The notes beneath the pieces are model-generated. The model was not told the origin of the DNA. It ran no database searches and worked only from the letters and a program-made list of their open reading frames with translations. A DNA stretch of 64,000 nucleotides from the NCBI GenBank assembly GCA_000004985.1, contig GG738892.1; one strand, 5' to 3'. Shown one piece after another: positions 32,480-46,606 of the stretch. This DNA comes from Naegleria gruberi. Lineage: Eukaryota. Position 1 is the stretch's first letter. Every line of letters starts with the position of its first letter. The position numbers and the translations under genes are program-made.

Positions 32480-35400
32480 ATGGATGATCAGTGGCCCACC
32501 CACCAAATTGACAAGAATGATGATCAAACTATTGATGTGGTTGGTAACCTAAAACCGAAGGAAGCGATCAAGGAGGTGAACAAAAAAATTAAACAATTAG
32601 AGAATGAAATTAATTCCCACTTGTCCTCGTTTGATGTTAGTTTTGACTTTGGAGAAAATGGAGACTTCCAAAGACTGTTAGTTACCATTAGAAAGTTTGG
32701 TAAAACATTTGCTAACGAAACTTTTGTAGCTTGTACAGACAAAAGCTCTCCAAGTATGATCTTTAGGTATTTGGAGGTGGCAGAAATATCATCTGCTAAA
32801 AAATCAAATGAATTTGGCATTGAAAAGACACAATACTATTATGTAAGTAATTATACTAGTGGCATGTCAAATTCATTTCAAAAAGTTATTACAAGATATT
32901 TCAAAATATCTCAAAAAGAATATGAATATGGAAGAATCGCTATTCGGCAAAGCAAAGAAAATGTTATTTGGTAAAACTAAGAGTGAACAGCTTTTAGATG
33001 AGTTGGAAATTATTTGTAAAGACAGATTCTATGAAGTCAACAACAAAGTGCTAGAAGAAGGTGTCGATGAAATTTGTGATTTCATCCAAAACAAAAAGAA
33101 AGAAGAAGCAAGAAAAATATTTCTTTCTCTATTTATGATGGTTTCTAAAAATCCTGACATATATTCTAATGTCAATCTCTTTCAAGTGGCATGTACTCAT
33201 TTATTACTGACACTATATGTTGCTAATAATCCACCTCCTGTTGTCTTTAAATGGATAAGTGAAATTCTCGTTACTAGTGCAAAAGATTACTCCAAATTTG
33301 CCCATAATATCAGGAAAATAATGTTGCTGAGTGGATTGAAAAACTTTGAGTTTGAATATGTATTGGTATTGCATCAATTTAAAAATAATCATTTTGATCA
33401 ATGGAATATATTTTGGAAAAAAGCCAGTATTTCAGCTGAGCTGCACGATTGGGTTTGTGAATATTATTTTAGAGTGTTTCCAAATAATTGGTATCATTTG
33501 GAAATTACTTTCTCCTCAATTATTCAACCTCAAAACTCCAAATATTTACCAATTTATGTATCTAGTTTATTGCAGAGATCACCAGAATATTTCACCAATT
33601 TTTGGAAGAACTATCTAAATAATTTAGACATGACAAAAGAACCACTCTACATATTTTGTCTGCAATTTTTATGCTATAACATACAGACATTCTTAAATGA
33701 TCTATTACTCAAGCAAAAGCTCATTTCTAGTCTTGCCACAAAAGAAATCCTTGATTTCTCTGAAAATACTCTTCAGTCTATTCTCCAAACAATTCAACAA
33801 TATGGAGTGGATTACTATTTGGGTGCACTGGAATTCTCACTAAAGAATAATGCCAAATCTGATAATCTGACCCCCAAAAACATGAGATTAGCAATCAAAT
33901 ACTTTCCAAATCAAGTGTCTAATGAAACTTTCATGATATTTTTAACAAACCAGATGAAAAAGAGGGCCAGTGTTGATGTAATATTCGAAATGATCGATAG
34001 TTACATGAATGTGAACGGATTGGATTTACAAAGAGTATTGTCCTTTTACACGAGTTGGTTTGGTTTAACAAAAGATTTCAGACATTTACAAATTTTTGAT
34101 ATTCTTGAATCAAAATCTATTGAATCTTTCATTTCTGAATTGGATGAAAATTCAGCGGAAACAATTGTATTGGCTTTATCTAACCTTTTTAATGATACAT
34201 CAGCAAAGGAGGCAAGACTGAAGTCTGCCAAGCAATTGTTCTACTTAGGATCTGATAATCTAACCAGACATCATTATGTATTTTATAAGGCATTTATCAA
34301 TTCATTGTTAGACTCTACTGATATGTTGGAAAGACTTAGAATAGTTTCATTAATCGCTGATGACATGTCTACTTCAAAGCTATTTTCGACTTTTGCTCCA
34401 TACCTTTTAGAAAATGCAATTGTAAATAGGGAACAAACAGGAATCAAGTTTTTCCTTGATTCTGAAAAGTACCTCAACATATTTATTAACACCTGGAAAC
34501 ATAATCAAAATTCAAAGGAATGGAAAGAGTATCGTGACTTATTCGTAAGTGCGGTAAAGAATCCTCTTCAAGACTTGACAGATAGCATTTCAGACAACCA
34601 GATAACGATCAAGGATTTGGAATTGTTACAAAAAGAAAGATATCGTTTTAATTCACTGATCGAGAAATTAGATTTAGCTAAAGTGAATGGAATAGAAAGA
34701 AAGATAGAAACTTCCAAGTCTGTAGAAAAAGATATTCAAGAATTGACTAAAATTATTTCATGGTTAAAAAGGTTCCCACTGCTTATGGAGTTTACACAAC
34801 ATTTATCATTACTGGATGAAACATCTACACTCTCAGAATTGGAATCTAATGTTGAAAGCCTCAAGGCACAACTTGATTATATTGATAACAGAAGAGACTT
34901 GATAATTTTTCTCCACGATGAAGACAGTCTATTGTTCCACTCTCTATTCAAAAAATTTCTTCATGACTCTGGGGAAACTGGTGATATTATAGCAGTATCT
35001 GAAATATTTACAAGAGTGATTGAATTCTTGGAACACATTAATATGCAAAATATTCAAAGTTTGAAAGAGTATGAGATTTTAGATCTTTCTAAGCAGCTGA
35101 GAGCTAAAGGAAAAACTCTCTCTGGTGAGATTGAACTTCTATCCTCAGTTCTTAACAAGACTAGTTCAGGAGGTCAATTTAATATCAATTTGGAGGTTTT
35201 AAGAAAAGCACTAAACTTGGAAGAGCTTGGAACTGGATTAGAATATTTTGTTGATTGTATGCAAGACTACAATATGGAGCTTGTTAAAGAAGAGAGTTTC
35301 AATAACATAAAAAGACTCAAAGATAGATTGTACGGTCTGAGAGACATTCCTCTTTCGGAAGTTGAAGTAATTCTTGATGTTTCTAATGAAGCAATGCAAG

Positions 35401-38400
35401 GTTTGGACGGTTATCACACCAAATATTTTAAAGATTTATTAACTCCAGAGTCAAAAGGATTAATTCAATTTTTGAAGGATAATTTGTTAAGCTTTGAAGA
35501 TTCTATCAAAGTAGTAAGGACAAGAAGTAGAAACTCTAAATTCCACGAAGAAATAGTGAATTCTTTAATTATTGCCAAAGAACTGGTCTCTCCTTTACTC
35601 AATCAAAAGATCACCTTCCAAGATTTTAGAAATAAGATTCTTGCCTTATTCAACAAGGAAGAGGATCTTTTCAAGCTTAAGGAACTTCAAGTTGTTAACG
35701 AAAATCTTACAACCATCAAAATTTTATTCTCTAGTACAGCCACTATCCACCTTGATGATGTTTTTGATAGTGTCAGGGCAATAATAGAAAAGGGAAAGTT
35801 TATTTCCACACCAGATTCATTAATCGTTAGCTACGAAGATAAAGAAATATCAGGAGAAGAGCTAGTTGATTTGGTTAGGGTTGCTATTTTCAGATCTTCT
35901 GATTCAGAAAATGACCAAAATATCAAGATGAAACATGATTTACAAAACTTTATATTGCTTTATCAAATGGCAGAGCAAATTCAGTCAACTATCAAAGAGC
36001 TAATCAAAGAGGGTTATCCTAAATACCATGATCAAGAACGAATCGAAATTAATGAAAGAATGGAAAAATTAGAGCTTGAAAAGAAGAACAATGCTTTTAA
36101 TGCAAAACTTGAAAAATGGAAAAAATCTATTGAGGACCTTGTGGAATCACAACCATTAGTTTTAAATTTATCAAGAAGTCAACTAACAAAATTTGTTTCA
36201 CTCTTCAAGGATAGTTTAGAAAGTGAAGAAAGGGAATGTCAAAGTCTTATTCCATATATAATGCTAATTGTTAAAGAATTGTTCAGAGATAATCTGAAGC
36301 ATTATCCAATTACAGAAGAAGGATTGAAGGAAATTTTGAGTGGTTTCAAAAGTACAACAAGTGCAAAAGAGATTTTGAAGCTTTCTGGTGAATTTGTACA
36401 GAAAATTATTGAAAGTATTGCTGGCGATTTAGATCAAGAAAGAAATAACTACGAAACCAAAACACTGTATGATGTGAATGGCTCACAAATACCAATTATT
36501 CTACTTAAAATATTCCAAGAAAATATCATTCAGTACTCTGGTGATAATAGTGTTTTGATAGTCAACAATTCCAATATCTTCTACTGTGATGAAAGTACAA
36601 GGAAAGAGGACATTCAATGGTTTTGTAAAAGAAGGAAAGCTTTCCCGGAGCTCACTTATGCTCTGGTTCATGTGAACAAGTTAGTGCTCAGTGTGAAGGA
36701 AGAGTTGATCAAGTTTGAGTTTGAAGCTCATGAAAAGAACCAAAAGGTAGGATTGACTACTTTGATTTTCACATCAGACGCATCTAAAGAAGCATTCTCA
36801 TTTATTGAAACAAAGAATGACATTGAAGGTATGGCCCAAAAGAAGCCAATTATTAGCAAGTACCTTTCAGAAAGTTGTAAGATAGAGAAATTTGAGACTG
36901 TTAAGGGAGAATCAGCTTCTGGTAAGACTCGTTATATTCAATCAGAAAAACGAGATAATGAGGTCTATGTGAGAATTGCAGTACATGAAGAATTTTCATA
37001 TGACTATTTTTATGAACAATTGTGTTCTTATGATTTTGAAAATTCACCAAAGGTTTTAATTCATTTTGATGTTTCCTATGTTTTTGAATTGAGAAACTTT
37101 GAATTATTCTTACTTGAATGGATCTTTGGTAGATGCTTGCAAAGTAAGAAGGGTCAACTGGTTGATACTTGGGGCAACACTAAAGAATCAATTCGTATTT
37201 TTGTTGAAATACCAAGTAGCTTTGAAAAAGTCAAGTTGGATTTAATATCTTTAATTGAGACTACTATTGGACCAAAATCATTACATTCAGATCTTGCAAG
37301 TTTTGATTTTGGAGAGGAAAAAACAAGATATGTAGCCTCAATGTTTACTTTGTTCAATTCAAAAAAGATTAATGATATTAATCGTTTCTTGAATGTTGAC
37401 AAGAATTTAGTCTCGGAAGAAAAGTCGAGACAAGTGCTTACTCAATTTTTCAGCGTAAGCAAGGTTACAAAAAGCCATTCATTGAGAAAAATATTCATTG
37501 AATTGATGTATGAAAGGTTAAGAGGTCTTGAAAATTATCATATTAAGTTTTTGAAATTGAAAGAGTCCAACGAGTTTGGTCAAGATATTTACGGAAATGC
37601 TCAAGAATTAATTTTCACAATCAATGGAACTCTCTTCCCTGTATTTAAAGAAGAATGTGAGGTGATGACAGATAATACTATTGAACGATGCTGGAGTGAC
37701 CTTCCCGTAGTATTTGCAGTACCAAATCTTACAGATGATATACCCAATTATAATATCGTCAGATGTTCTAAATGTAGCACTACTAGAGAGTATATTGGCA
37801 TGCAACCACTTGATGTAAAAACTAGCACACTAGCAGAAATACGTTCAATATTGACATCCTCTTTCGAAGTTAATTCCATAATTGAAATTTGTGAAAAGAC
37901 CAACTATTTGCTAACTAAGGACTTTGCTATCAAATTATTTTTGTTAGATGAAAGAAGAAAGGTTGGCAGATCTGTTATTATTGAAAGTGAAACTGGTGTG
38001 GGAAAAAGTGAATTGCTTCGATTTTATTCAAATATTTTAAATTCCAACAACAAATTATTGCCTGATATAAGATTTGAGCTAAGGAAGTGGCTGTGTGAAA
38101 CTGTTGATCAATTCACTTCCAAGAATAATATTCAAACAGAGGTTAGAACTAAAAATATGGACAAATGTAGATCCAGAGAATATATTGTAAAGCTGTTGAA
38201 AGAAACAGAAGAACAAGTTGGTCAACAGTTGTTGCAAGAAATTACAATTTCTCTAGTAAGCGCAGTTAAGAAAATATTTGATGAGTTCAAATTAATTGAA
38301 AAAACAGACCTTATTAACTCCACTTTTGAGGCTCTTGAACAACAGAATTATGATTTATGGACAGTGGATATGATTGCTGACTTTTTAGCTCAAGCTGAGT

Positions 38401-41400
38401 CAGCAAGACCTGAAAACTCTATTTATTTCAAGATTTTGATGCATAGTGGTATAAGTTCACAAGAAATAAGACAAACTATAAGAGATATCGAAAGAAACAC
38501 TTTGAGATTAATCAATTCAGGATATCAAGACTTAAAGGTTGTTGTTTTCATTGATGAGTTGAATACAAGCAGTTGTATGGGCATTATGAAAGAGCTATTT
38601 GTGGACCATACATTAGACGGTCAATTGTTACCAAAATCTATCTTTTTTGTTGGTGCCATAAATCCAAAATTGCAAAATGAAGAATATGTAGTTAACGAAA
38701 TTGCACCATCCATGAAACTTATCAGATTTAACTATGCAGATCTCTCTAAATATCAAGAGCAAGAATTTTTGGCTCTACTGATCGAATTAGAGCAAAAGAA
38801 GCGAGATGAACATGAAGGATTTGTACATGATTTACAAACATTCATTTTATCTGCCCAACGTTTTGTTGCAGAGTCTAAACAATTGGATAAGAGAATAAGA
38901 GTTTCAATCAGAGATTTAACAAGGGCATGTAAACTATATTGGTTTTTGAAGGATAATGAAGTTCTTTACTACTCTGCTAATCTCTCCATAGAACAATGTC
39001 ACATTATTTGCTTATACATGGCCTTAGCACTGTCCTATTATTTCAGATTACCTTCTAGTGAGAGAACCAAATTTGAGGAAATGATTGATAGAGAAGCACA
39101 TACTCAGGTGCAATATGGAATCTTTGCATTTTCTCAAGTTGTCTCAGAGCAATTAGGATATTTCTATCAAAAAGCAAAACAACGCGGATTTATTCCTCCA
39201 GGTATTGCAAGTACAAAAGCATTATTAGAAAATTTCTTCACTATGGTCATTGGAATTCAAGTTGGAATAGGAATCAGCTGTGTTGGTCCTCCAGGAAATT
39301 CAAAGACTTTATCTTACACTATTGCAACACAAAAGAAGAAGAGTCTTTTTGTTGGAATGAAAACTGTTCATACCCAACATTATCAATGCAATGAATTGTC
39401 TACTGCTAATGAAATTGAATTAGTAGTAAAGAGCCAAGTTGAAACTAGACGAAAGTATGAAAGAGCAGGAATGGTTAACGAAATTTGTAGTGTATTAATT
39501 GATGAAGCAAGTCTTCCAATAGAAAAGAAAAATTCGCTCAAAGTTCTTCATTACTATCTTGACAAACCAACTATTAGCACAGTTCTCATTTCAAACAATT
39601 TATTGGATGCAGCTAAATCTAATAGATGTATTCAAATTGTTCAACCAGAGACTAGCTTTGAGGATTTGAGAGCACTTTGTCAAGGTTGTTTAATGTTAAA
39701 TGAAGATGACATTAAGCCAAATTCAAGAATAGATAGAATTATTACAGCATTATGTAAATCATTTAAAGAGGTCAATTATGTGCTTACTAGCACAATTGTT
39801 AAGCAACATAATGGCACTGGTGGAATTTTCCATTTGAGAGATTTCGTCTACTTCTTAAGAATGCTATCTAAGAATAAGGGTAATCACAAGGAGGTTTTCT
39901 CTGGTAACAATATTTACTATTGTTTACAACGTAATTTTAATGGTGTTCCAGAAAATGATTTCCAAAAAATTCAAGAGCTTTTCTTGACAAATATTAACGA
40001 AATGTTAGGAACAAAGATTCATATCGAAAAGGAAAAGATCAAGCAATATATTGATGTAGTATATGATAGTATTCACGATAGTTTATCAAAATACGATGAT
40101 CCAAATCAATCTCACTACAGACATACTATGATTATCGATCCGAGCCAAGCTCAGGCCTCTATTAAGCTTTTAACATCCAACAATATAATTGACCAATCCA
40201 AGACAAAGGTTGTTTACATTAGCGATTTTAAGGGTGATACAAATGATTTGTCCCTTTCTCAAGAAATTAGTGAAGTCAAAAATTGTATGGAACTTGGAGC
40301 ACCGGTAGTATTGGTAAATTCATCTGCCATTTCTACAAATTTCTTTGACGTTTTTAACAAACACTTTACCAAGGTAAATGATAGATACTTTGCCAATGTG
40401 TCTATTAAAGGAAAAACTCACCCATGTGAAATTAATTCCAGCTTCCACTGTATAGTCCACGTTCCTATTGCACAATACAGAGAGTTACCTTTGCCATTCT
40501 TGAATAGATTTGAGAAATACATTATTGGTGCAGAGAGAGTTTTGAAGAGTGATCTTTTGGTTGAAAAAGAGGAGAGCAAGAAGGCAATTTTCGATCACAT
40601 CAGAAGAGGAGTTAATGACTTTGTTCGTCAATTTGATGCTAGTACATTCTATGGTCTTGTTGAAGATGAAACAGTGGATTTATTAATCAAATCAATCTAT
40701 CAACAATCCAAAGACTCTATTCAAATTAAGAAACCACTAACAATTAAGAATAATAACATTATAGAACTATTGAAAGAAAATGGTATGGAAGATAATATCG
40801 ATTTAGAGGAAGAGGACGAAGAAATTTCCATCAACAAACTGAGGAGCTACATTAGAAAGATTAACTTTCAACTGTTGCAAATTGCCAAACCTGAAGATAT
40901 TTTCCTCAGAAGAAAATTCATTCCAAAATCCTACCTAGTGGAGTACCTCACAAAACAAGAGCACTTTTGTACAATTTCATTTTTGAAGAATGCCATAGAC
41001 CAACATTTCAAACAATCCACAACAAATAATTCAAAGTACATTCTTTATACCAGACACTCAAGTGGTATTCACACTCTCAATGATACTGACCGTTTAAAGG
41101 AGATTACCTCCGTTGCATGTACTTCTGAACCTTTGAAGTCATGTGTGAACAATCCAAGTGAAATTATTACCCTTGCTTCACTTTCTTCATTCTCTTCTCA
41201 ATTAGAATTCCACAGATTCTTGGGAGAGTTTGCAGCTGATCATCAAAAGCTTGTTTTACTATTAACCATTGATATGTCAATGATTTCTAAAAACACTGTG
41301 AATTTTGTAAAATTCAAGATTGAGAATATTCTTTCTTCTCCAATGAAGAAGGTTAAGAATATGACACCTTTCGTTTCTCTTATTCTCTACTTCCCTCCAG

Positions 41401-44400
41401 AGTCTTCTCATTTCAATGCTGCTTACGATAGTATTTTCTTAGGGTGGGACTATTATTACATTGACAGTTTAAGAGGAGACCTTGGTGATGGTCAAATTAG
41501 TCAATATAGAGATAGCAGATACTGGTTTAGTGTTGCTGTTGGATTACTGAAGGGATTCCGTGCATCTGATAAACAGGCCTTCCAAAATTCTTTCATTCCA
41601 TTATATAACAAGCTTTTGGAAGATTATATTCGTTCAGATAATACAGCCGTTGCATCTGGATCACTTAGTCCATTTTTCATGAGAAGAAATATTAACAAAC
41701 TGGTAGACAAGAAAAAGTTTATTCTGACAAATATTAACAAGCTTGAATTATTGAGAGACATTGTGTTGAACATGTTTGCTGATAGGTGGAATAACCAGTT
41801 CCTTTCTCAACTCGTTCAAAAAATATGTACCGATATTACCAGTGGTAAGATAGTCAATGGTATCATTCAAACAATTTCCTATGAACTTTCGTCTGTCCTA
41901 GAAGAAATGATGTATCCTATCACAAGAAAATTAATTTATCTTACACCATCCGTACAAAAGATTCTCAATGTAGAAGATCAATCTACACTTTGTTTACTAC
42001 GTAAATTGATAGAGGTTTTCATAACAACAAACAAGAAAAAGAGCAAGAGCTCAGATATTTTACATGTATCAACCTATCAAAGTACAAATGAACACTTGCC
42101 TCTTTCTACTCTCCTTATTGAAAAGATGATTCTAAATGAGAAATCTGATAATCTAGACGAAGTGGTAGAAATGATTGAGAATGACAAGGAAAATTTTGAA
42201 AAATTCCGTCTCGATATGATTTCTTTCTATTTTGAAAAAGACATTACAAAAGAAGACCAAGCAATAAGATTAGTTGATATTCTTATTTCCCCTATTTGGA
42301 ATAGTGCAGAGGGAAAGAAGAGTATGAGACTACTCTCACATCTTTCACAAACCAAAGTCAAGAATAGTATCAAAATCTTACTTAACGTTCTTTCCCAATT
42401 CAAGTCTATTAATTTCTTGACAGACGAATTCAAAAAACATTTGCAAGGAAAGCAACTCCATGAGTGTTTGGAAGTCATCTTTACTTACATTCTTGATTAT
42501 GTATACAAAAATATAGGAACAGCTCTTGAAGAGAAAGACTTGGATAGTATTAATAGTTGGATGAGCGAACTTTCATCTATCAACTTTATGTATATTAAGG
42601 ATATTGCACCTAAATACTTTAAGAGTTCAAGATTCTCCATTCTATTCTTGGTCTACTATGTGTTGAAAGGATGGGTTTTAAGTGAAGAGCAAATTGAATA
42701 TTTGTGGAAAGGAATTACAGAACTATACAAAAATCCAACATACCTACCAGATAACTTTATAGATATTTATAATTGCTTCAAAGATACTGTTACAACCTTC
42801 TTGGACCCTAATCAACAATCTATCTGGATTAATAATGTTACGAGATTTGCCTTTGTGCATATTATTGACATTTGGTCGGCTCCATCATTGACAAACTTTT
42901 TCACAATTATTTCACAATACGAAAAGGATGAAAATTCAATTTTCAAACAACTTAATATTGGCTTGATAACAAGTATTACAAAAACCATAATGGCTCGTTA
43001 TCTGCAAAACAAATTCAACCAAAATATGACGAATGTAGTTGAGCAAGAATTGAACAATTACTCTGATGAAAACTTTGTCCCAGAAGAATTATCTTCAAAG
43101 AAACAACCATTCTCTGTTCTGCTTCTTCAATCATCATATCTTTCTCATCACTCTCAATCAAAATGGGAAACATTCCTTCCACTCTTTACAAGACATCAAG
43201 AGGATGGAGGCAATAGTAAGCTTTCCAAACTTATCACTCAAGCCAACAATATTTTGCTGATAACAAAGCTCTCGAGTCATCTCCTCAAAGATGATGATCC
43301 ACAAAAAACTATTGAAAATATGGATGCAGAAACATGTGAATTGATTACTAATGTTATGAAACAAGAAAACATGGCTCTTTATTTCCTTTCAAGATATACT
43401 TCTGATGTTGAGTTGGAGATGATTCTTACTACAAATAGAGGAGAATTGGGAAGAATAGGACTGGCAAATTTCCATATACCATCAATTAAGAAGAATTTTA
43501 AATCTCATCATTTCTCATTCATGCATGATAATAATCAAGTGTACACAGATTTGAAAAGACATATTGAATCTAACAATATTCAACAGATACATAATTTTAT
43601 CAATACCAATGCTGCCCAGCATAAGTATTTCATTAGAATGTGTTTGATTGTAATCTCGTATAATTTCTACTTTTTGGAATGTAAATCTTGTGATGCTGTA
43701 TTGGCTATTTTACAAGACAGAAATGTATTGAATACTCTTAGTATTGATGACTCTGAGTTGAAGGCATTCGTATTCTTTGCTACTAAACCAGTATCTCTTC
43801 CAGTTGAGAAACAAGATGACTGGTTCGCATCATATTACTTCTCTCAGGAATTCATCAACTCTAACAGGGATAAGATGCTGACTCACCTCCTAGCAAATAT
43901 TACAGCAACTAATGTGGGCGTTCCAAAAGAGAAGAATCACTTGTATAACAGAATGTTTAATCCACAAGTATTGGCCAATTCATTCGGTCCTGGAAGTACA
44001 TATCAGGATAGGAACTGGGATTGTGGATATACTAGCTCTGGATACAATATTAATAACATTGAAAGCCACAATATTATGAATAGAAATCAGACATACCACT
44101 CAGCTTTGAACTCGCTCACTTGGGCTTCCTTTGTAATGTGCGTAATATTCGATCCAGCAAAGAATGAAAATGCTGCCAAAGGTGGACATATGTGTAATTG
44201 TATTGATGATGTCAAATTCAGGCCCAATTTAAGCAATTTGGAACAACTTCAAACCTATATTAAGATTAGGGCTGATACTTTCTGTTCTATTTTTGCTCAT
44301 TCACCTAATATTATTGGAAATGTGGACCCAATTATTTTCTTTACCTCATCTCTCGAGGAATTCACCAAGCAAGCACCAAACAGTAATGATTGTTTTGGAT

Positions 44401-46469
44401 TCTTTGCAAATAATAATACTCCAACCATTAGAGCATATGAAAACTTTTGGATGAACTCATGTTTCATTCCAACACTCAATCGTTATGCTAACATTGTTGG
44501 TAAAATGAATGCTGGTCAGAAACTTCTTCAAGATATTGGTCAATTCAAGGAAAGATCGTTGGCTATTAGAAAATGTGTTGATTTATTCCCTTCAAGAGAA
44601 AATATTCTTGCTTTCTTCTCCCAAAGATATACTGATATTGAAGATAATGCTGAGCTCATGACAGTAAGGCAAATAGTCAAACATAAGGACTGGTTATTGT
44701 TTAGTTATTATTTTATTGACTTTTTGAGTTTTTATGTTAAATTACACAGAGGTTTGAATGGCAAGATTGAAAGAGACTCAATTCATATGACAGTCAAGGA
44801 TGCATTAACACTCATTACCAAAGATAAGAGTAAACAAGAGGAAGAAGCCATCTACGAAAGTTGGGAATGCTTTAAGAAATCTTGGAATATTGTATCAGAA
44901 AAACAAGAGAGAAACATTGTTTGTCAACATGCTAACCAAGCTGAAATACCAATTATTGATGAAAACTCAATTCTCTCTCATCTGCTCTATGTTGAAGGTG
45001 GTAATAATGAGATTGGAACATTACTTTTAACAATTTATAATGCTCAATCAGATATTCAACAAGGACATTCTTTCCCAGATACCATTGATGCAGCCTATGT
45101 TATGGAACTTGATGATGTCTTTTACAAACTATTATTCAGCAAATTTGAGGATGATAACTTCTTTGAAAATATTCAATACTATGTAACAATCAATAACGGA
45201 GATATTAACTTTGATTGGAAGTCATTGGAGAGTTATTTTGTTGAATCACTTTCTAAAGGAAGGCCAAGACTTTTGGTTAAAAAGGATCAAGTTATTAGTC
45301 CACAAGCCATCTGCAAGTTCAAGGAGGATATCCCAATTGAGGAAGATTTACCTGATGAGATAATTCAAGAAGATAGCCTTTCTCTGGATACTTATGCATC
45401 TGAACTGAATACCTTGATTGAAAAGATGAATAGTATGGATATTTCATGGAAAACATTCGACAATACCAAGAAGAAATCATTTATGAATTCACTCAACTTC
45501 AGAGATACTAAAAAGATTTTACAAATTGCCAAAGATACATGTCAAGCTGCCACAAATTTGATTGGAAAAGTTCCCTTCAAATCATTTAGTATTGTCAACT
45601 CAGAAAGGGAAATTTTAGGATTCTCTGAATTTGTATTGGACATTATTTACAATAGAGATGAAGTTAAATCTCTATACGATAAATTCTCCTCCACGTTCAG
45701 AATTCCAATGTCAACCTCAACAAAGGAGAAATTTGAGAGAATTACTCTCTATACCATGAAAATGGTAGAAACATCCAATCCAGAATTGGATAATTTCCTG
45801 TCTGATTTGAGAACTATTGCTACTGTTATTTACAACAATGAAAAGGATATTGTTAATGCATACGCTTCAATGACAACTGCTAGTCTTAGAACCGTTTTTG
45901 AGTCTCAAATTCAAGTCAAAAATCACGATAATTTAGCTCAAATCCTTCCAAACTATTTCCTTGTTAAAAATTTGGTTCCTTACATTGAAAATATTAGAAG
46001 ATTAATTGGTAAAATTGAGCTCAAGAAATCTTCCATGAAAACGGAAAATTACCAAGAGCTTGTCCCTGATAATCTGAAAACAAGACCTGAATCTCCTATT
46101 GATCCATTGGACAGTTTGATTTCAAAAGTAGAAGAACCTGAAGAAGAAGAAGAAATTCCACAACCTCCTCCAATGTTTAATGTGATGCCACTATCTAACC
46201 TACCAATCATGCGTCCAAACATGCCTTCTAACAATTACACAATAGATCCAAATCAAATGAACAAGATTAAGAACCTTATGGAACAAGCCCAGAACGAGAA
46301 GCAAATTTCTCTACTTCTGCAACCACAATTATTGGATAATAATCTTCTATTGAGATTGGTAGAATTATTGGAAGAGGCAGAAATGTTGACAGAGGAAGGT
46401 AAAGAACTGCAACAAGCAATTTCAACCAACCAAACTATTATTTTACAAAACTTTAACAAGTTGAGATAA
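32480..46469 (+). CDS. giant protein of about 4,650 aa with two distant P-loop-like motifs; candidate RNF213/mysterin-like or dynein-like AAA+ ATPase with no detectable RING; two exons (32480..32842, 32886..46469)
   Basis: The 13.6-kb ORF is uninterrupted. A 43-nt GTAAGT..AG intron joins the upstream exon (MDDQWPTHQ...EKTQYYY) in frame to LLQDISKYL.... The first P-loop-like block, VGRSVIIESETGVGKSELLRFYSNIL, has a Walker B-like VVFIDELNTSS about 190 aa downstream. A second, degenerate Walker A, ISCVGPPGNSKTLSYTIA, has a downstream VLIDEASLP. The remainder is mostly alpha-helical, with no transmembrane or signal segments. Confidence 0.75.
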
Positions 46470-46606
46470 TATTTGAAAATAAAGTTGTATTATGACCATT
46501 AAAAACCTTGTCTTGTGCATATGGCAACAGAATTTATTGGACCAGTTAGTACAAGTTCAATTGTTCAAAATAAATTAATAATTGTTTATCTATAATTTTT
46601 ACAATG

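Noticed and set aside
33213-44479. Numerous 60-83-aa ORFs on either strand inside the giant gene (for example 33213..33401, 34046..34231, 37154..37402, 42227..42478)
   Set aside because: They are short antisense or out-of-frame ORFs embedded in a 13.6-kb continuous coding frame. Such ORFs are expected by chance in AT-rich sequence.
32859-46469. The giant ORF as a canonical dynein heavy chain or midasin
   Set aside because: Size is compatible. But I see none of the dynein AAA1-4 GP(A/P)GTGKT-type P-loops, and not the six regularly spaced AAA modules of midasin. I find only two P-loop-like blocks, one of them degenerate.
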